Positions 13,897 to 27,785 of a DNA stretch of 64,000 nucleotides are shown here, piece after piece; within the stretch, counting starts at the first letter, position 1; every line of letters starts with the position of its first letter. The translations under genes were made by a program, and so were the position numbers. The stretch lies in NCBI RefSeq assembly GCF_006345805.1, contig NC_042997.1:178622001-178686000 (forward strand), written 5' to 3'. The stretch is from Octopus sinensis (taxonomy: Eukaryota). Under the pieces are notes generated by a model, which was not told where the DNA came from, did no database searches, and was given only the letters and a program-made list of their open reading frames with translations.

Positions 13897-14951
13897 TAAT
13901 GATCCTGATGATGACTTTGATACCTACCTAGCTACCTACCTACCTACCTACCTACCTACCTACCTACCTAAATAACTATGTAACTTTTTTATCAGGTGCT
14001 TTTTCTTTTATCTTGAAACAATTTTTTCATTTGTGTCTCACCTACATCTCTTTTGTTTCGGACATTATTCTCACTGTATTCTCACTTTGCCACTGTAAAA
14101 ATTCTTTATCATTGAAGTCCACATCATGCAAATCAAGCAATTCTCTGACATGCTTGACGCCTGTTCTACACTTTCCAAGGTTTAAACAAATTTCAGTGAT
14201 TTTTTTTCTACGATTCCTATAAACGCAAAACGGATGCTTTCTCCTTACTTTATAGTAAATTTTTATTAGGTAATTCTTTCAAAAAAACTTTTGCTTTCGT
14301 CAACATTTGTTTGTCAAGATAAGTACTATCATGGATACTTATTTACAATTCAGCAAGACATCTGGATTCTTCCTGATCATCATCGTCATCATTGTCGCCA
14401 TCATCATCATCATCATTACCATCATCGTCTTCGTCGTCGTCGTCGTCGTCGTCATTGCCATTTTTGTCGTCATCCATAACTGGTGTTTTTTCTGACGTCT
14501 TTAAGCGGTCGGAATTTTTCTTGCCATGCGTTTCCTTTACATTGTGATACACGTGTAGTAGAACAAGATAAATCTAATTCTTATATGCAGTATTCGACTT
14601 TGGAGGCAGACTGTTCACTTAATGAAACTTGTAGTGGAGTGGTGCAATCACTCAATTTTTGTTACTTGCTTACGATAAGTGCACTGCAACATTGAACTGT
14701 CAATAACAGGACTAGAAATAAAGATCCTATTCAGCTATTTGACTAATATATCAACTCAGTCATCCTTGCTTTTATATATTTATATATTTCATTAAAATGA
14801 AAAAGAATCGTAAGATACTACTTGAACTGTTAATTTATGTAGCACACGGGCTACATCTTGTTCATTAGCTACAATGAAAACTTAGGATGAGAGTAACGTC
14901 CACCATAATAAGGAATAGCTCTTATTATGATTACAGTTATGAAAGTATGAA

Positions 14952-15089
14952 GGCAGCGAGCTAACAGAACCATTAGTTCGCCGGGCAAAATGTTTATCGT
15001 CTGTCTTTTTATGTTCTGAGCTCAAATTCCGCTTAGGTCGATAAAAGAAGTACCAGTTGAGCACTGCGGTCGATGTAATAAACTAGACC
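14952..15089 (+). mobile_element. SINE family A, internally deleted
   Basis: ggcagcgagctaacagaacc.ttagttcgccgggcaaaatg...ctcaaattccg...taccagttgagcactgcggtcgatgtaat. Confidence 0.8.
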
Positions 15090-15301
15090 ACTACACAACA
15101 CCAAATATCATTATAGTTATATAGAGCTTAGACCAACACAATATTTGAAGTCTGAACTATGGTATTTGAAACTAGTACCTGATCCAAACTCTTAGCTTTG
15201 ATCTAAAGCCTTGTCATCATGGACTTTGTAGTATGTTATGCGTCGTTATTTACTATTATCGTTGTAAACAGGATCTAATAGGCTGTGTGGGTGACCAACA
15301 T

Positions 15302-15560
15302 CTAACACGGTGTTGATTTCTGGACGGATATCACCAACTTATCCTCGAGCTCAATATCCAAGTTGAACTCAGAGTGCATCACCAAAACTAGAAGATATCG
15401 CACAAATGACAAGCGTTCAATTCCAGAAGACTTAAGGCTAAAACAAAAGTGAGGACAGAAATCATTGGATGACTTCGCCCTCAATGCTGGTTTAATCGGT
15501 GAATTTTGCACTACCTGCACAAATTCAGTTTCACTATTAGTACACAACCGATCCAAGAAC
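15302..15560 (-). other. Possible coding-exon sequence of an unidentified gene
   Basis: Non-repetitive open frame FLDRLCTNSETEFVQ...DKLVISVQKSTPC* with several AG acceptors (e.g. ttctttggacag). No protein family recognised. Confidence 0.2.
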
Positions 15561-16022
15561 TGTCCAAAGAAAACTACGCTGATCCCAGTACAACGATTAA
15601 TTATTTTCTCATACTCGAAAACATACATACACAAACACGTTGTATGGCAAGGAATGCAAACGTTTCTGCATGCTACGTACATATGCAATAGGATCGAGTT
15701 TAACAAATTCTATTAAGTAAGAATACCCGAGCAATTAGACAGTTAATCAATAATTTCATTTGGTGCTATTCAAAATCTAAAAACAACTAGCAACGGCGTT
15801 AACTCCAATCAAACCAGCTACAAAATTACTACTGACATATTCCTATATAATTAGACTTACTCAGTGTAATAAATTCTACTTAGTTGAAAATATGTAAACT
15901 AGTATAGACACACACACATATTGTTTACGTTATAATAATTTAAAAAATTCGAGAGAACGAGAAATAATTCGCTTTCAGCGGGTGAGTTAGAAGTAGATAA
16001 ACCTATAAAATAATCCTTTGTA

Positions 16023-16225
16023 ATATAAGCACAAGACCTATATGTGGGAGGAGGCTGGTCAATTACATCAACCCTAGTATCCAACTGGTACTTATTTTAT
16101 CGACCCCGAAAAGATGAAAGGCAAAGTCGACCTCGGTGGAATTTGAACTTAGAATGTCTTTAAGACAGAGATAATGCCGCTAAGCATTTGGCCCGGCATG
16201 CTAACGTTTCTGCCAGCTTACTGCC
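16023..16225 (-). mobile_element. SINE family A
   Basis: Reverse complement has the head ggcagtaagctggcagaaacgttagcatgccgggcc and the full body. Confidence 0.9.
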
Positions 16226-16289
16226 TTAGATAAAGCTATAAATAATAGCGTGTAAATAGTGGGTTAAAAAGCCCTTTGGGTAAGAAAGG

Positions 16290-16358
16290 TTAGAAGGCTG
16301 CTTCTGAAGGTCGAACCTACATTTTCTGTAAACGTAGCAGACATTCTATCACCGGACC
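16290..16358 (-). pseudogene. Decayed tRNA-like head (SINE remnant or tRNA pseudogene)
   Basis: Minus strand ggtccggtgatagaatgtctgct...gtaggttcgacc resembles A and B boxes; no complete cloverleaf. Confidence 0.3.
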
Positions 16359-16561
16359 GAAGAAAGCTGCGAAAATTTTTTTCCACTTTAGAAACATTGT
16401 TCTTACTAGCGAAAGTAGTACGTCGTTTACATCATCAGAATTTAGAAACTCAGAGCGAACGGAAAATAAACGGGTGGAATTCGAAGTAGAAATAGTGGGG
16501 AGGTTGTGAAACTGATTATTAATACGAACAATGTAATTGCAAGGAAATGCATTTGAGCTAC

Positions 16562-16660
16562 ATACGTTTGTAATATTATTTGTTAAATACGTTGGGTAAT
16601 ACGTTTGTAATATTATTTGTTAAATACGTTGGGTAATACGTTTGTAATATTATTTGTTAA
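16562..16660. repeat. 37-bp minisatellite, about 2.7 identical units
   Basis: Unit atacgtttgtaatattatttgttaaatacgttgggta repeated head to tail with no spacers. Confidence 0.95.
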
Positions 16661-17232
16661 AAAGCTTCTCTTTACTCTGGATATCTATGCAATATCTTCC
16701 TTTGTAGATTATTTAAAATAACAATCAGATGAGTAAGCTCCAGTCAAATTATTTAATCAAAATACCTGTACATGGAAATGAATTTTGATTTTTATAGTCA
16801 ATTAGTAAAAGTAACCGGCATGTTTTTTTGTTATTTGACTTCATCAGCGAAGGAAAACGATGTAGTATAATTGTTTATGAAACATGTCTATTGCTTTTAA
16901 CAGCTGGCCTTAAAAATAAACTCACTCTCTTCTGCAGCGGTTATTTTTTCCCTAAAAGTTACTAGATTACTACATTTGCGTTATCTCCCATGATCTCTTT
17001 TTTTTTTGTTTTTCAAGTTTAAGTACTCTAGACAGAGATATTGTGAACTAGTTGCATGGCTAACTACAGTAAATCAAAAAAAAAAAAAATTCCCTGTATT
17101 ACATTTGTGAGACCCTGTGGTATATGTATCTAATAAACAGAACAGAGTACCGAAAGGTATTTCTTTTCGGAATTTTTGTTGATTTTTGCATTCATGTCAC
17201 TATTTTCACACGTTTTTTTTCTCTCATCTCTC

Positions 17233-17273
<41 letters not shown>

Positions 17274-17281
17274 TATATATA

Positions 17282-17535
17282 TATGTACTATATATTTTCT
17301 AAGTCTTAGTTTTGTCTACTAATTGCGCAAGTAACATCTTTGTCTAACTATATGACATATGCAAGCCCTACTAAATGTATGCATGTACGTAGCTATATTT
17401 GTATGTATGTATAAGTGCATGTATATATTTACGTATGTCAGTATGTATGTATATATGATTGTATAAATGCATGCATTGATATCTATCTATCTATCTGTCT
17501 ATCTATCTGTTTGTCTGTCTGCATGTATGTCTGTT

Positions 17536-17567
<32 letters not shown>

Positions 17568-17822
17568 ATATATATATGTACATATATTTTTCTAAGTCTT
17601 AGTTTTGTCTACTAATTGCGCAAGTAACATCTTTGTCTAACTATATGACATATGCAAGCCCTACTAAATGTATGCATGTACGTAGCTATATTTGTATGTA
17701 TGTATAAGTGCATGTATATATGTACGTATGTCAGTATGTATGTATATATGATTGTATAAATGCATGCATTGATATCTATCTATCTATCTGTCTATCTATC
17801 TGTTTGTCTGTCTGCATGTATG

Positions 17823-17857
<35 letters not shown>
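17282..17857. repeat. 293-bp local tandem duplication
   Basis: ctaagtcttag at 17299 and 17592; ORFs 17415 and 17708 are near identical; the units are bounded by (TA)n. Confidence 0.95.
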
Positions 17858-17860
<3 letters not shown>

Positions 17861-18321
17861 TTAGGGGTTGTGAATCCAACCCACCAAGGAATAATATCTA
17901 TCCAATATACTGTTGGTAGAATACCCAATTATTAATACACAAGTGTTTTTTATTGCATTGCAATTACATTACCTAGTGTATTAAATGGGTGAAGGTAAAG
18001 AGATATTTTACCATTAATCTATATTGCAAATAAGAATATGAAGGAAAACAACAGTTGGTTCATCAATTTTAGGACATTAAAAATGTTAACTTATTTATTA
18101 AACTGAGCATGGAATTTTGTCAGTGAACAGGTCGCGGTCTCAAAGCGACGATAATATTTTGGCAAATTAAATTTAAATGTTGAAGTGAACCTAACGGTTT
18201 TTGTGTGTTTCTTAAATGGCTTTTAAGCACGTTCCAAGCTGCAATTGTTTTCATCCCAGCACACGATCTCAGATCAAGTCACTTGCTATACAAGTACATC
18301 TATCCTATATATATATGTATG

Positions 18322-18357
<36 letters not shown>

Positions 18358-18358
<1 letters not shown>

Positions 18359-18443
18359 TAGAAAAATCCGCATTTTCTTAATTCGAAATAAATATTAGAT
18401 ATAATTTAATTTTCCATTATTGAATGATAAAAGGTGGTTTTTT

Positions 18444-18510
<67 letters not shown>

Positions 18511-18580
18511 TATTTTATGAATTTGATTAGTATTTCTAAATTGAATTTTTTCCTGTAAGTTTGGAATAATATTCCCTCAT
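18358..18580. repeat. Unclassified dispersed repeat with internal (TA)n tract, copy 2
   Basis: Homologous to 4075-4330; attagaaaaatccgc and ggtggtttttttttctaat form an imperfect inverted pair. Confidence 0.75.
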
Positions 18581-18639
18581 GTTATTATTATTATTATTAT
18601 TATTATATTATTATTATTATTATTATTATATTACATTTA

Positions 18640-18674
<35 letters not shown>

Positions 18675-18788
18675 GATTATTATTATTATTATTATATTAT
18701 TATTATTATCATTATTATTATATTATATTATATTATTATCATTATTATTATTATTATTATATATATTATTATTACATTATTATTATTA

Positions 18789-20247
18789 TCTCTCTGACCT
18801 CACACATCAGCAAGGTCATGGAACGAATAGTCAGAAGGAAGCTGATCACTTCCTTGAAGAGAATGACTTGCTGCCCGACACCCAACATGGTTTCCGACCA
18901 GGGAGAAGCTGTTTAACTCAGCTCCTACAACACTATGACTGGGTGCTGAAACGGCTGCTCAACCACTCAAATGTGGAAGTGATATATCTCGACTTTGCAA
19001 AGGCCTTTGATAAAGTCGATCATGGAATGATATGTCACAAACTGCGTGATCTCAAACATAGTTGGAAACTGGGAGAATGGCTTCATGACTTTCTGAGGAG
19101 GATAGAAGTCAGGTGGTAGTAGCCAATGGGGCCACCTCCATTAACACACCAAATAGTGAGCGGTGTTCCGCAGGGCACTGTTCTGGACCACTACTGTTCA
19201 TAATGGCCCTCTCAGACATGCCCTCAGCCACGCAGAGAGCCACGATCACAAGTTATGCAGATGATACAAAAGTTTCACAGGCAATACGAACCATGAGGAC
19301 ACTAAACACCTGCAATGTGAGCTGGACGAAATATACAAGTGGGCTGAAAAGAATAGCATGCAGTTCAATGCTGGAAAGTTTCAAGCTTTATACTATTAGC
19401 ATGCAAAACTGAATGCAATACCCAATGAATACACTGGACCCGGAGGGATTGCAATCCCAGAGGCACAATCAGTGCGTGACCTGGGTATTCACATGAGTGA
19501 TGACGCGACCTTTCATGTACATGTTGCTAAACTGACAATGAAATGTAGACGGCTGGCTGGATGGATTCTTAGAACCTTTTAGAACAAGAGAACAAGAAAC
19601 CATGATGGTCCTCTGGAAGACACTTGTCCTAAGCCACTTTGACTATTGCTCTCAGCTATGGTCACCATCCAGTGTCAAGTTGATCACAGAACTTGAGGCG
19701 ATCCAACGAAGCTACACAAAGAGATAGCCTCTATGCAGAAGTAAGCTACTGGAAAGACTCAAGAGATTAAAATTATATTCCCTGGAGCGTAGGCGGGAAG
19801 ATATGCCATAATATACATCTGGAAGATCCTGGAGGGAAGTGTCCTGAACTTTGGCATCGAGAGTTACGCAAATGCCAGAACTGGGCGCCACTGCGTGGTG
19901 CCTAAGACTCCAAATCTGCCATCAAGATGTAGGACAAGATTCTGTGATAGCCTGGGCTTCGAGGCCACAGCTCTTCAATATCCTCCCGAAGAACCTGAGA
20001 GACCTGCAGGGGTGGATACAGATATCTTTAAAATGAAGCTGGATCTCTTCCTGTCAGGTGTCCCAGATGAACCAACTTCAAGGCAGGAGGGGCAGATGAG
20101 GGCAGCTGCATCGAACTCTCTCATGCACCAAATAGCAGTTGCTAGAAAGCCTCCATGAAGTGAAACCAAGTAGCAACACCAAATGGCGGGCCCAGCATGC
20201 CACAGCTCATAAGCTGAACTAGAATCAATCATCAATCAATCAATCAA
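18789..20247 (+). mobile_element. 5'-truncated CR1/L2-group (Jockey superfamily) LINE: RT domain, 3' UTR and (ATCA)n tail
   Basis: SLTSHISKVMERIV, QHGFRPGRSCLTQLL, YLDFAKAFDKVDHG, VPQG.VLGPLLF, SYADDTKV, YSLERRR and C-terminal LDLFLSGVPDEP..AAASNSL; several 1-nt frameshifts. Confidence 0.9.
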
Positions 20248-20819
20248 TTATATATATGACGGTACAAATTTATAAAATTTTGAGAGAATGTGAAATGATT
20301 ATTGTTTGGAAATTTCTCGAAGTACACACTATGAACGATAGCATGTAAGTATTGGATTGAAAAACACTTTTTGATAGAAAAAAGCTTATTTATAACTCTT
20401 CTTAACCATATGTAACAATAATTATTTGAATTAGATATAACGTACAGCATTACTGAACTTCTATGGCGACTTAATGGGAATTCCCTTGAATTTCCAGATG
20501 TAGACACGTATGAACTAGAAGATATGTGCAGAGCGCAATGATGTTCAGTTAATGAACGACAAAAGAATAAGAATTATGAAACCACATTCATTAATATTCA
20601 TCACTGTTTCAGCCCTAAGAAATTGCATGTACTCACTCATACATCACTGCATATCCAAGCACGCACGCACGCACGCACCTTACACATGGAAGAAAAAGGA
20701 GAGAAGTATGATATATATTATATTATATTACATTGACTTAAGCCGACAATTAAATGTATATATGCATGTAAATAAATAAATGAATATATATATATATATA
20801 TATATAATATATAATATAT

Positions 20820-20850
<31 letters not shown>

Positions 20851-21066
20851 ATATATATATATATATATATGTTTATATATATATATACACACATATGCCT
20901 TACATATTTTTTCTGATGATGAGAGACACGAACAGTTCCGTTACATATTGGCAAGTGTCGGCTTATATATACATACATACGTACATAAATACATTCACAC
21001 ATATATACATACATACATATATAATACGTACATACATACATGAATACATTCATACATATGTATATG

Positions 21067-21098
<32 letters not shown>

Positions 21099-21099
21099 T

Positions 21100-21275
21100 T
21101 TTTTTTTTCTCTCCTTCTTTCTGTGTTTTTCTCTCTCTGTGTATCTTTCTGTTGAAGAGCGTAGGCTCGAAACGTTAAAGACTTGTTTTATTTATATTTC
21201 CTGAGCGCCATACTAATACAATTGTTCGGTTGTTCCACCTGCCTTCGTCTTTTGTTATTTCATAAAAGCTTCCCG

Positions 21276-21278
<3 letters not shown>
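21100..21278 (+). mobile_element. Short Penelope-like terminal remnant with hammerhead-like motif, ending at (TA)n
   Basis: Homologous to 24176-24360 (-) and 58600-58742 (+); motif tcttt CTGTTGA A GAGC gtag GCTC GAAA CG TT aaaga at 21144-21181. Confidence 0.65.
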
Positions 21279-21313
<35 letters not shown>

Positions 21314-21741
21314 GCACTTACGTACATATATAATTATATATTTATATATATTTACGATAGAATAAAATTAAAATCAGTTAAAGATGCATGTTTATAATGC
21401 CGTGCTTTCATTATTCTTTATTGGTTTTTATGTTCATACATTTCATTGGAGTATTGAAAGTTCACACTGGAATCGCTTTACATTGTCTGTCTAGGTACTG
21501 AGCACTCGGTGACATATGCATACGAAAAAAAAAATGTACACACCATCACGCATGGGTACATACAGGGGAACACAAATATATATATAAATATATACATACA
21601 TATACACACACTCATATAAATATATATATGTACATACACACGCATGTATCTATCTATATATATGTAGATATATATACATATATATATATATGTATATATA
21701 TATATGTATGCATATAGATAAATACTGTGTGTGTGTGTTTT

Positions 21742-21783
<42 letters not shown>

Positions 21784-22150
21784 GCTTGTGTTATAGAAGG
21801 TAATAGTAATACTGATAGAACATGAGATATCAACATAATTAAGACTGACAGGTAGTTCTGCTATTTACTGTTCTAACTGCATAAATTCCCTATAAATTCT
21901 ACAATGATTGAAGCAGTTTAGAACACTCTCATATATTTATATGTATGTATGTATGCATGCACACATGTATGTATGTATATATGTTTGCACGTATGTATGC
22001 ATGTATGTATGTATATGTTTGTTTGTATGCATGCATGTATGTATGAACGTATGTATGAATGTATGTATGCATCTATATATATATATAAATATATATATAA
22101 TGTATATATATACGTATGTGTGTGTATATATATATAGATAAACACTGACA

Positions 22151-22182
<32 letters not shown>

Positions 22183-23114
22183 CACACAAATATATATATA
22201 TATATATACACACTCAGACATATATATGTATATATATGTATATATATATGTATTTATAATCACGTAAAAAAAAAAACAAATCAAAATATACAGGTATATA
22301 TCGGCCTGTTTGCGTAAAATACAACATTATAAAAATTACATAAACTGATTGGTGTTACGACACAAAAATGAAAGGTAAAACAGATGCAGATGGGCATAAA
22401 AAAGCAAGAAAACAATTTGATATCGTATAAATGGCCAAAAACAAACAACAAAAAAGAAAACAGTTATGTAATAATAGTAGTAACTGTTTCCATAACAATA
22501 ACTCCACGAACAATATAGTTATTCTATTATTGTCGGGAATAAGGATTACGGTGATGATAATGATGACGTTGATTATGATGATGATATTAATAATAATGAT
22601 GATGATAATGATAATGATGGTGATGATGATGATGATGATGTCTGTAAACTGTAATACGATCATTTAACAATTACAAAATACAAAATATTACAAAATAATG
22701 AAAAGCAACCTTGTGGTGGTTTATTCAGTGAACATCACAGAGACACTGAACTGAATTGTTCTTAGATGTGTTTACAAAGTCTGCAGTGTTTACAATAGCG
22801 AGTTTGCGCATATATGTTTTAGATAAGAATTCACAGACACACCATGATCTGTCATACACACCCATACACGCACACAGAGACAAATAGGCGTTCGAACACA
22901 CGCAAACATACACGCATACACACACACACATACACATCTTGAATAATAATGATTTTGATAAGTGCCATGCTCAGAAGTCTCGGCCACTCTTGCAAAATTT
23001 TTGCCGAGTAAAAATATATTTTATATTCTCGTATTAAATACTGTCCCTTCCGTTTTTCCCACGAAACTTAATAATTACAACAACAATATTAATATTCATA
23101 ATAATAATAATGAT

Positions 23115-23233
<119 letters not shown>

Positions 23234-23849
23234 TATAATAATAATAACGAGGATGATAATAATTTGAATATGCATATGTATAAGTATGCATGTATATATA
23301 TGTATGCGCGCACGTGTATGTATATAATATATGTATATATATATGTATGTATGCAGGTATGTATATACGTATAGATGCGAGTGTGAGGGTGTGTGTTTAT
23401 ATATATATATGTAGAAATTTTTGCCTTGGTATTTGTATGAATCATATACGAGTTAAACGGGACGGTGGATTGTTATATAATTAGAGTTGGACAAAATGCC
23501 TTGCAGATTGAATTTCGGACTTACACGAATTGGTCTCGAATACCGTTCAAGCCGGTGCTGTCTTTCATCTTTCTGAGTTCGATAAAATAAAGCGTAAGTC
23601 GAGTACTGAGATCGATATACTCGACCTAACCCATCCCCTCTATGATGATAAAAATCGATAAAACTACTCAAAGAAATATATAAATGCTGACCCCAGTTAA
23701 GCTCCAAAAGTGGGTGAGATAAATAAAAAGTAATAATAAGCAAGAATATACCCGTTATTTGTCATACATAAATTTCTATTTCATATAACAATTAGTGAAC
23801 ATTAGCGTCGTTACATACATACATTTAGACAGAAACACGCGGCACAGGC

Positions 23850-24145
23850 ATAAGCAGGGGCGCAGGTGTGGATGCTGGGACAAAATGTCCGTTTTGCAAT
23901 CGTGTATTCCACTCGGCAGCTCCTCTTTCTTTTAGTATAGCCCTGACTGACCAATATATTGTGAGTGAATTTGGTAGATGGTTAACTGTCTTTACATCCC
24001 CGTAGTTTTACGCAATTTAGTCATAAGACTGATCAGATAAGTATCAGGCTTAGAAAGTAAGAAGTGAATCGATTTGATCCACTGAAACCTTTAAGACCGT
24101 GGCCCAACATGTCGGATCGGATCCCCAGTAACTGACACAAGTAAA
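23850..24145 (+). mobile_element. SINE family B, degenerate
   Basis: ttagtatagccctgactgaccaat...tgtgagtgaatttggtagatgg and tail gtggcccaacatg...taactgacacaagtaaa. Confidence 0.6.
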
Positions 24146-24175
24146 TCTATCTATCTATATATATATATATATATA

Positions 24176-24360
24176 GGGAGAGTTTACGAAAAAAACAGAA
24201 GACGAAGACAGGTAGTGTACAAAACAAACAGATGTATTAGTATAACGCTCAGGAATAGAAAAAGTCTTTTACGTTTCGGGCCTACACTCTTCTACAGAAA
24301 GGGACACAGAAAAAAAACAAAGAGAGAAACAAGGAGAGAAAAAATGTGTGTTGTGGTTAA
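24176..24360 (-). mobile_element. Short Penelope-like terminal remnant with hammerhead-like motif
   Basis: Minus strand cttt CTGTAGA A GAGT gtag GCCC GAAA CG TA aaag at 24266-24301; flanks match 21100-21278. Confidence 0.65.
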
Positions 24361-24577
24361 CGATCTATCATGGCGATATATATATGTATTTATGTGTGTG
24401 TGTGTAAATACAAATATATATGTTTATGTATGTATATGTATGTATATATATATATATATATATGTATATACGTGTATATATATATGTAAATATGTATATA
24501 TATATATATATATATATACATACACACATACATACATGCATACACACATACACACACACATATATATATATATAGAC

Positions 24578-24638
<61 letters not shown>

Positions 24639-24829
24639 TATATATATTATAAATAAGGAGAATAGAGATTTGCATATCGATAATTTATTTTACATCATGT
24701 AAATAACTGTAAAAAAAACTATCAAAGTGCAAATTTCCATTCTCCTTTGAATTAATGCTATTTTAGACTCTACTGGAACTTTGCAGTCCTGAGTAGGACA
24801 CATCGAATTACAGAACGCGAAAAATTTAC

Positions 24830-24891
24830 CAATGCCTAAAAACTTATTGTAGGCACGGGCAACGAACACGGACCGCTGTGTTAGTCGGCAT
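24830..24891 (-). CDS. Candidate 62-nt internal coding exon of an unidentified gene
   Basis: Acceptor ctctcagttctcttccAG, open frame CRLTQRSVFVARAYNKFLGI, donor G|GTAAAT; GC-richer unique sequence. No homology recognised. Confidence 0.25.
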
Positions 24892-24951
24892 CTGGAAGAG
24901 AACTGAGAGCAAACACGGTACCCGCCTGGATAATATATCCTTGCAGACACA

Positions 24952-25026
<75 letters not shown>

Positions 25027-25075
25027 TACAAACACACACACATATATGTAAAACAAAACAAAAAAGAGATAATAG

Positions 25076-25251
25076 ACAGCTTCTGACAATGCGCAGAAAG
25101 TTTAAACAAATACATTAATAATTCAGGCTCATAGTCCGTTAATCCATTCAAAGTCACCAGGATATTACATAACTGGACTTTTCTTAGACTGTTATTTGAA
25201 CCCGAAATATAAAGTTTGTTACAAAAAACTTTCCGCATTGTCAGAAGTTGT
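25076..25251. mobile_element. MITE-like element with ~27-bp imperfect terminal inverted repeats
   Basis: acagcttctgacaatgcgcagaaagttt pairs with aaactttccgcattgtcagaagttgt. Confidence 0.55.
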
Positions 25252-25515
25252 TTATTTTTCCCTCTTTACATCCTTCGATATTACAATGCTTTAAGCGATC
25301 TACAACGCTTGTACATATATAACTGTTTGACTGAGCTTCACGTGACTTACAGTTTCGCTGGAGTTTATGATGTGTTCATTACATCTGAAATCATCTGATT
25401 TCTGATCAGAGAGAGGCATCCTACTCACCCAGGAAGCTGTAAGTCAAGTGGAGCTGAGCCAAACTGTTATTAAGAAGTATATGTCATTCTTACCAAACCA
25501 GTTGAATGACACTTT

Positions 25516-25559
<44 letters not shown>

Positions 25560-26139
25560 AGAGAGAGGGGAGAGAGAGAGTGTGTGTGTGTGATGTATCT
25601 TTGTCTGTGTACTGGCCGTTTGTTGTCAGGTTTAAACAAATATCAATTATAGCATTATATACATATTTTTCATTCAGTATATTATTTGAAACACATTAAG
25701 TTTCTTGATATGAGTAAGTTATTTGACTTCGTTTAGCTAGTTAAGCGCTAGCTATTTTCTTTTTTGCGCAGATTTGTTCACCAAAGGGCCAAGTTCTTGT
25801 CAGTGCCCATTTTGTGAAGAAATCGGAAGAAAACGAGGAAAATGGTTACTTCTTGAACTAGTAGAATTAGGACGCTAGTGTTGGCATATTCGTAAATAAG
25901 TCTCTAACCGAAATAAGTGGATCTGTTGTTTAGGAAAATACTATTTATTTGTTCAAGTGTACTGGATAAATTGCGAAAATAACTCTAACTGTTCAAATAC
26001 TAAGAAATAAGCATACTCAATTTCATTTTTACTAGATACTTTAGGAATATGAATGAGTTATTTCCCTTGCCTATATATAAGGATCCCTTCCGGGGATGAA
26101 TGTGTTATTTCCCTTGGCTTTTAAAATAAAATATATTAG

Positions 26140-26340
26140 ATATATATATATATAAGGATCTCTTCCAGGGACCCTATTATCGATTTTCTCAACAATCTGA
26201 GTATGCCATGAGGTTTAAAGACATGGGTTCTACTCACGTGTCAAGGTTCATCAAAATCGATTAAACGATGTTGGAGTAGTTAGCTATCAATTCCACAAAC
26301 ACACCCACGAACAGAATTTCCCACATATGTAGCAGATAAT
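26140..26340 (+). mobile_element. Possible non-autonomous Helitron-like element
   Basis: Starts tatatatataaggatc (partial duplicate at ~26072) and contains ttcatcaaaatcgatt...caaacacacc...tatgtagcagat, a layout like small Helitron-type elements. Confidence 0.3.
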
Positions 26341-26660
26341 GTGTTTTTATCCATTGTTAGTAGTTTTAAAATAACTGGCTTTTAGTAAGTTGCACAACTG
26401 CATCACGTCAATGACACTTCAGTTAACGGAAGTATATATAGCGTGTATGACGATAGATGTTTGCGCTTAATGACGACCATTTTGAAGCTTATGTTAATAA
26501 TAGCTTCACAAGGTAAGTGTAACTAAAAAGACCAACTCTGACAAGTTACATTGCGTCCTCTCACATTGATATATGCAACATCTTTGATCTACCTACCTAC
26601 CTACCTACCTACCTACCTACCTACCTACCTACCTACCTAATTACCTACCTACCTACCTAC

Positions 26661-26729
<69 letters not shown>

Positions 26730-26801
26730 AATCTATCTATCTATCAATATGCATGTAAGTATATACATATATATACGTGCATACATTCATATATATATAT
26801 A

Positions 26802-26879
<78 letters not shown>

Positions 26880-26896
26880 GTATATATATATGTATG

Positions 26897-26939
<43 letters not shown>

Positions 26940-27008
26940 GCATTTCTACGCACACCTATATCTATTCATCCATCCATTCATCATACATGCATTCATTTAC
27001 ACACACAT

Positions 27009-27041
<33 letters not shown>

Positions 27042-27719
27042 ACACATAGCACATGCACCACACATATACATAAATCGGTACGCACTTTGATAGGGGTGTA
27101 CACATGCATATATAAATAGTTTGACATACATTTCTACACACATTTGTTTGTGCATGAATTTCAATGATGAGACTTTGTTTCTCCCAAAGGAACTGAACGT
27201 ACATTATTAGAACAGAAGACACGTTACCTATGAACTTGGCTTTTAGCGAAGGATCACTTAAATGAAACATTATCACGAAAACAGTTACGTTGAAATTGAA
27301 TTCAAGTGACCACATATTTTATATTTACCGAACAAAAGTATTAATACTTATTGATTAACACGACAATGTTAAATTAACACGACATGTTAAATCTGCTGTT
27401 ATAGATAGTGTGGCTGTTCAACCCAAGGATGAGAGACCACGTGAATGCTGGAAGGAAAAATCCCAAGCAATGAGATGAAATTTATTTCGCTTCAGTATAT
27501 AACAGATACTAAAAAAGAGATACGCGAGTGTACGAAAGATACTCTATATGGTTCCTAGACGTGCAAGAAATAGGAACCAAATTACATCGGGTCATAAATA
27601 TGTAGGGACACGTTGGATGATATGATTCAGGTACACTTTGAAAATAAAAAAAAATCGTCACGGTTGAACTGACTTTACCGTGGGTCTGTTCCATCAACAA
27701 GTACGAGTATACATTCTTA

Positions 27720-27785
<66 letters not shown>

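Noticed and set aside
16562-16660. 37-bp repeats of CRISPR-like length
   Set aside because: The units are contiguous with no spacers, there are no cas genes, and the context is eukaryotic.
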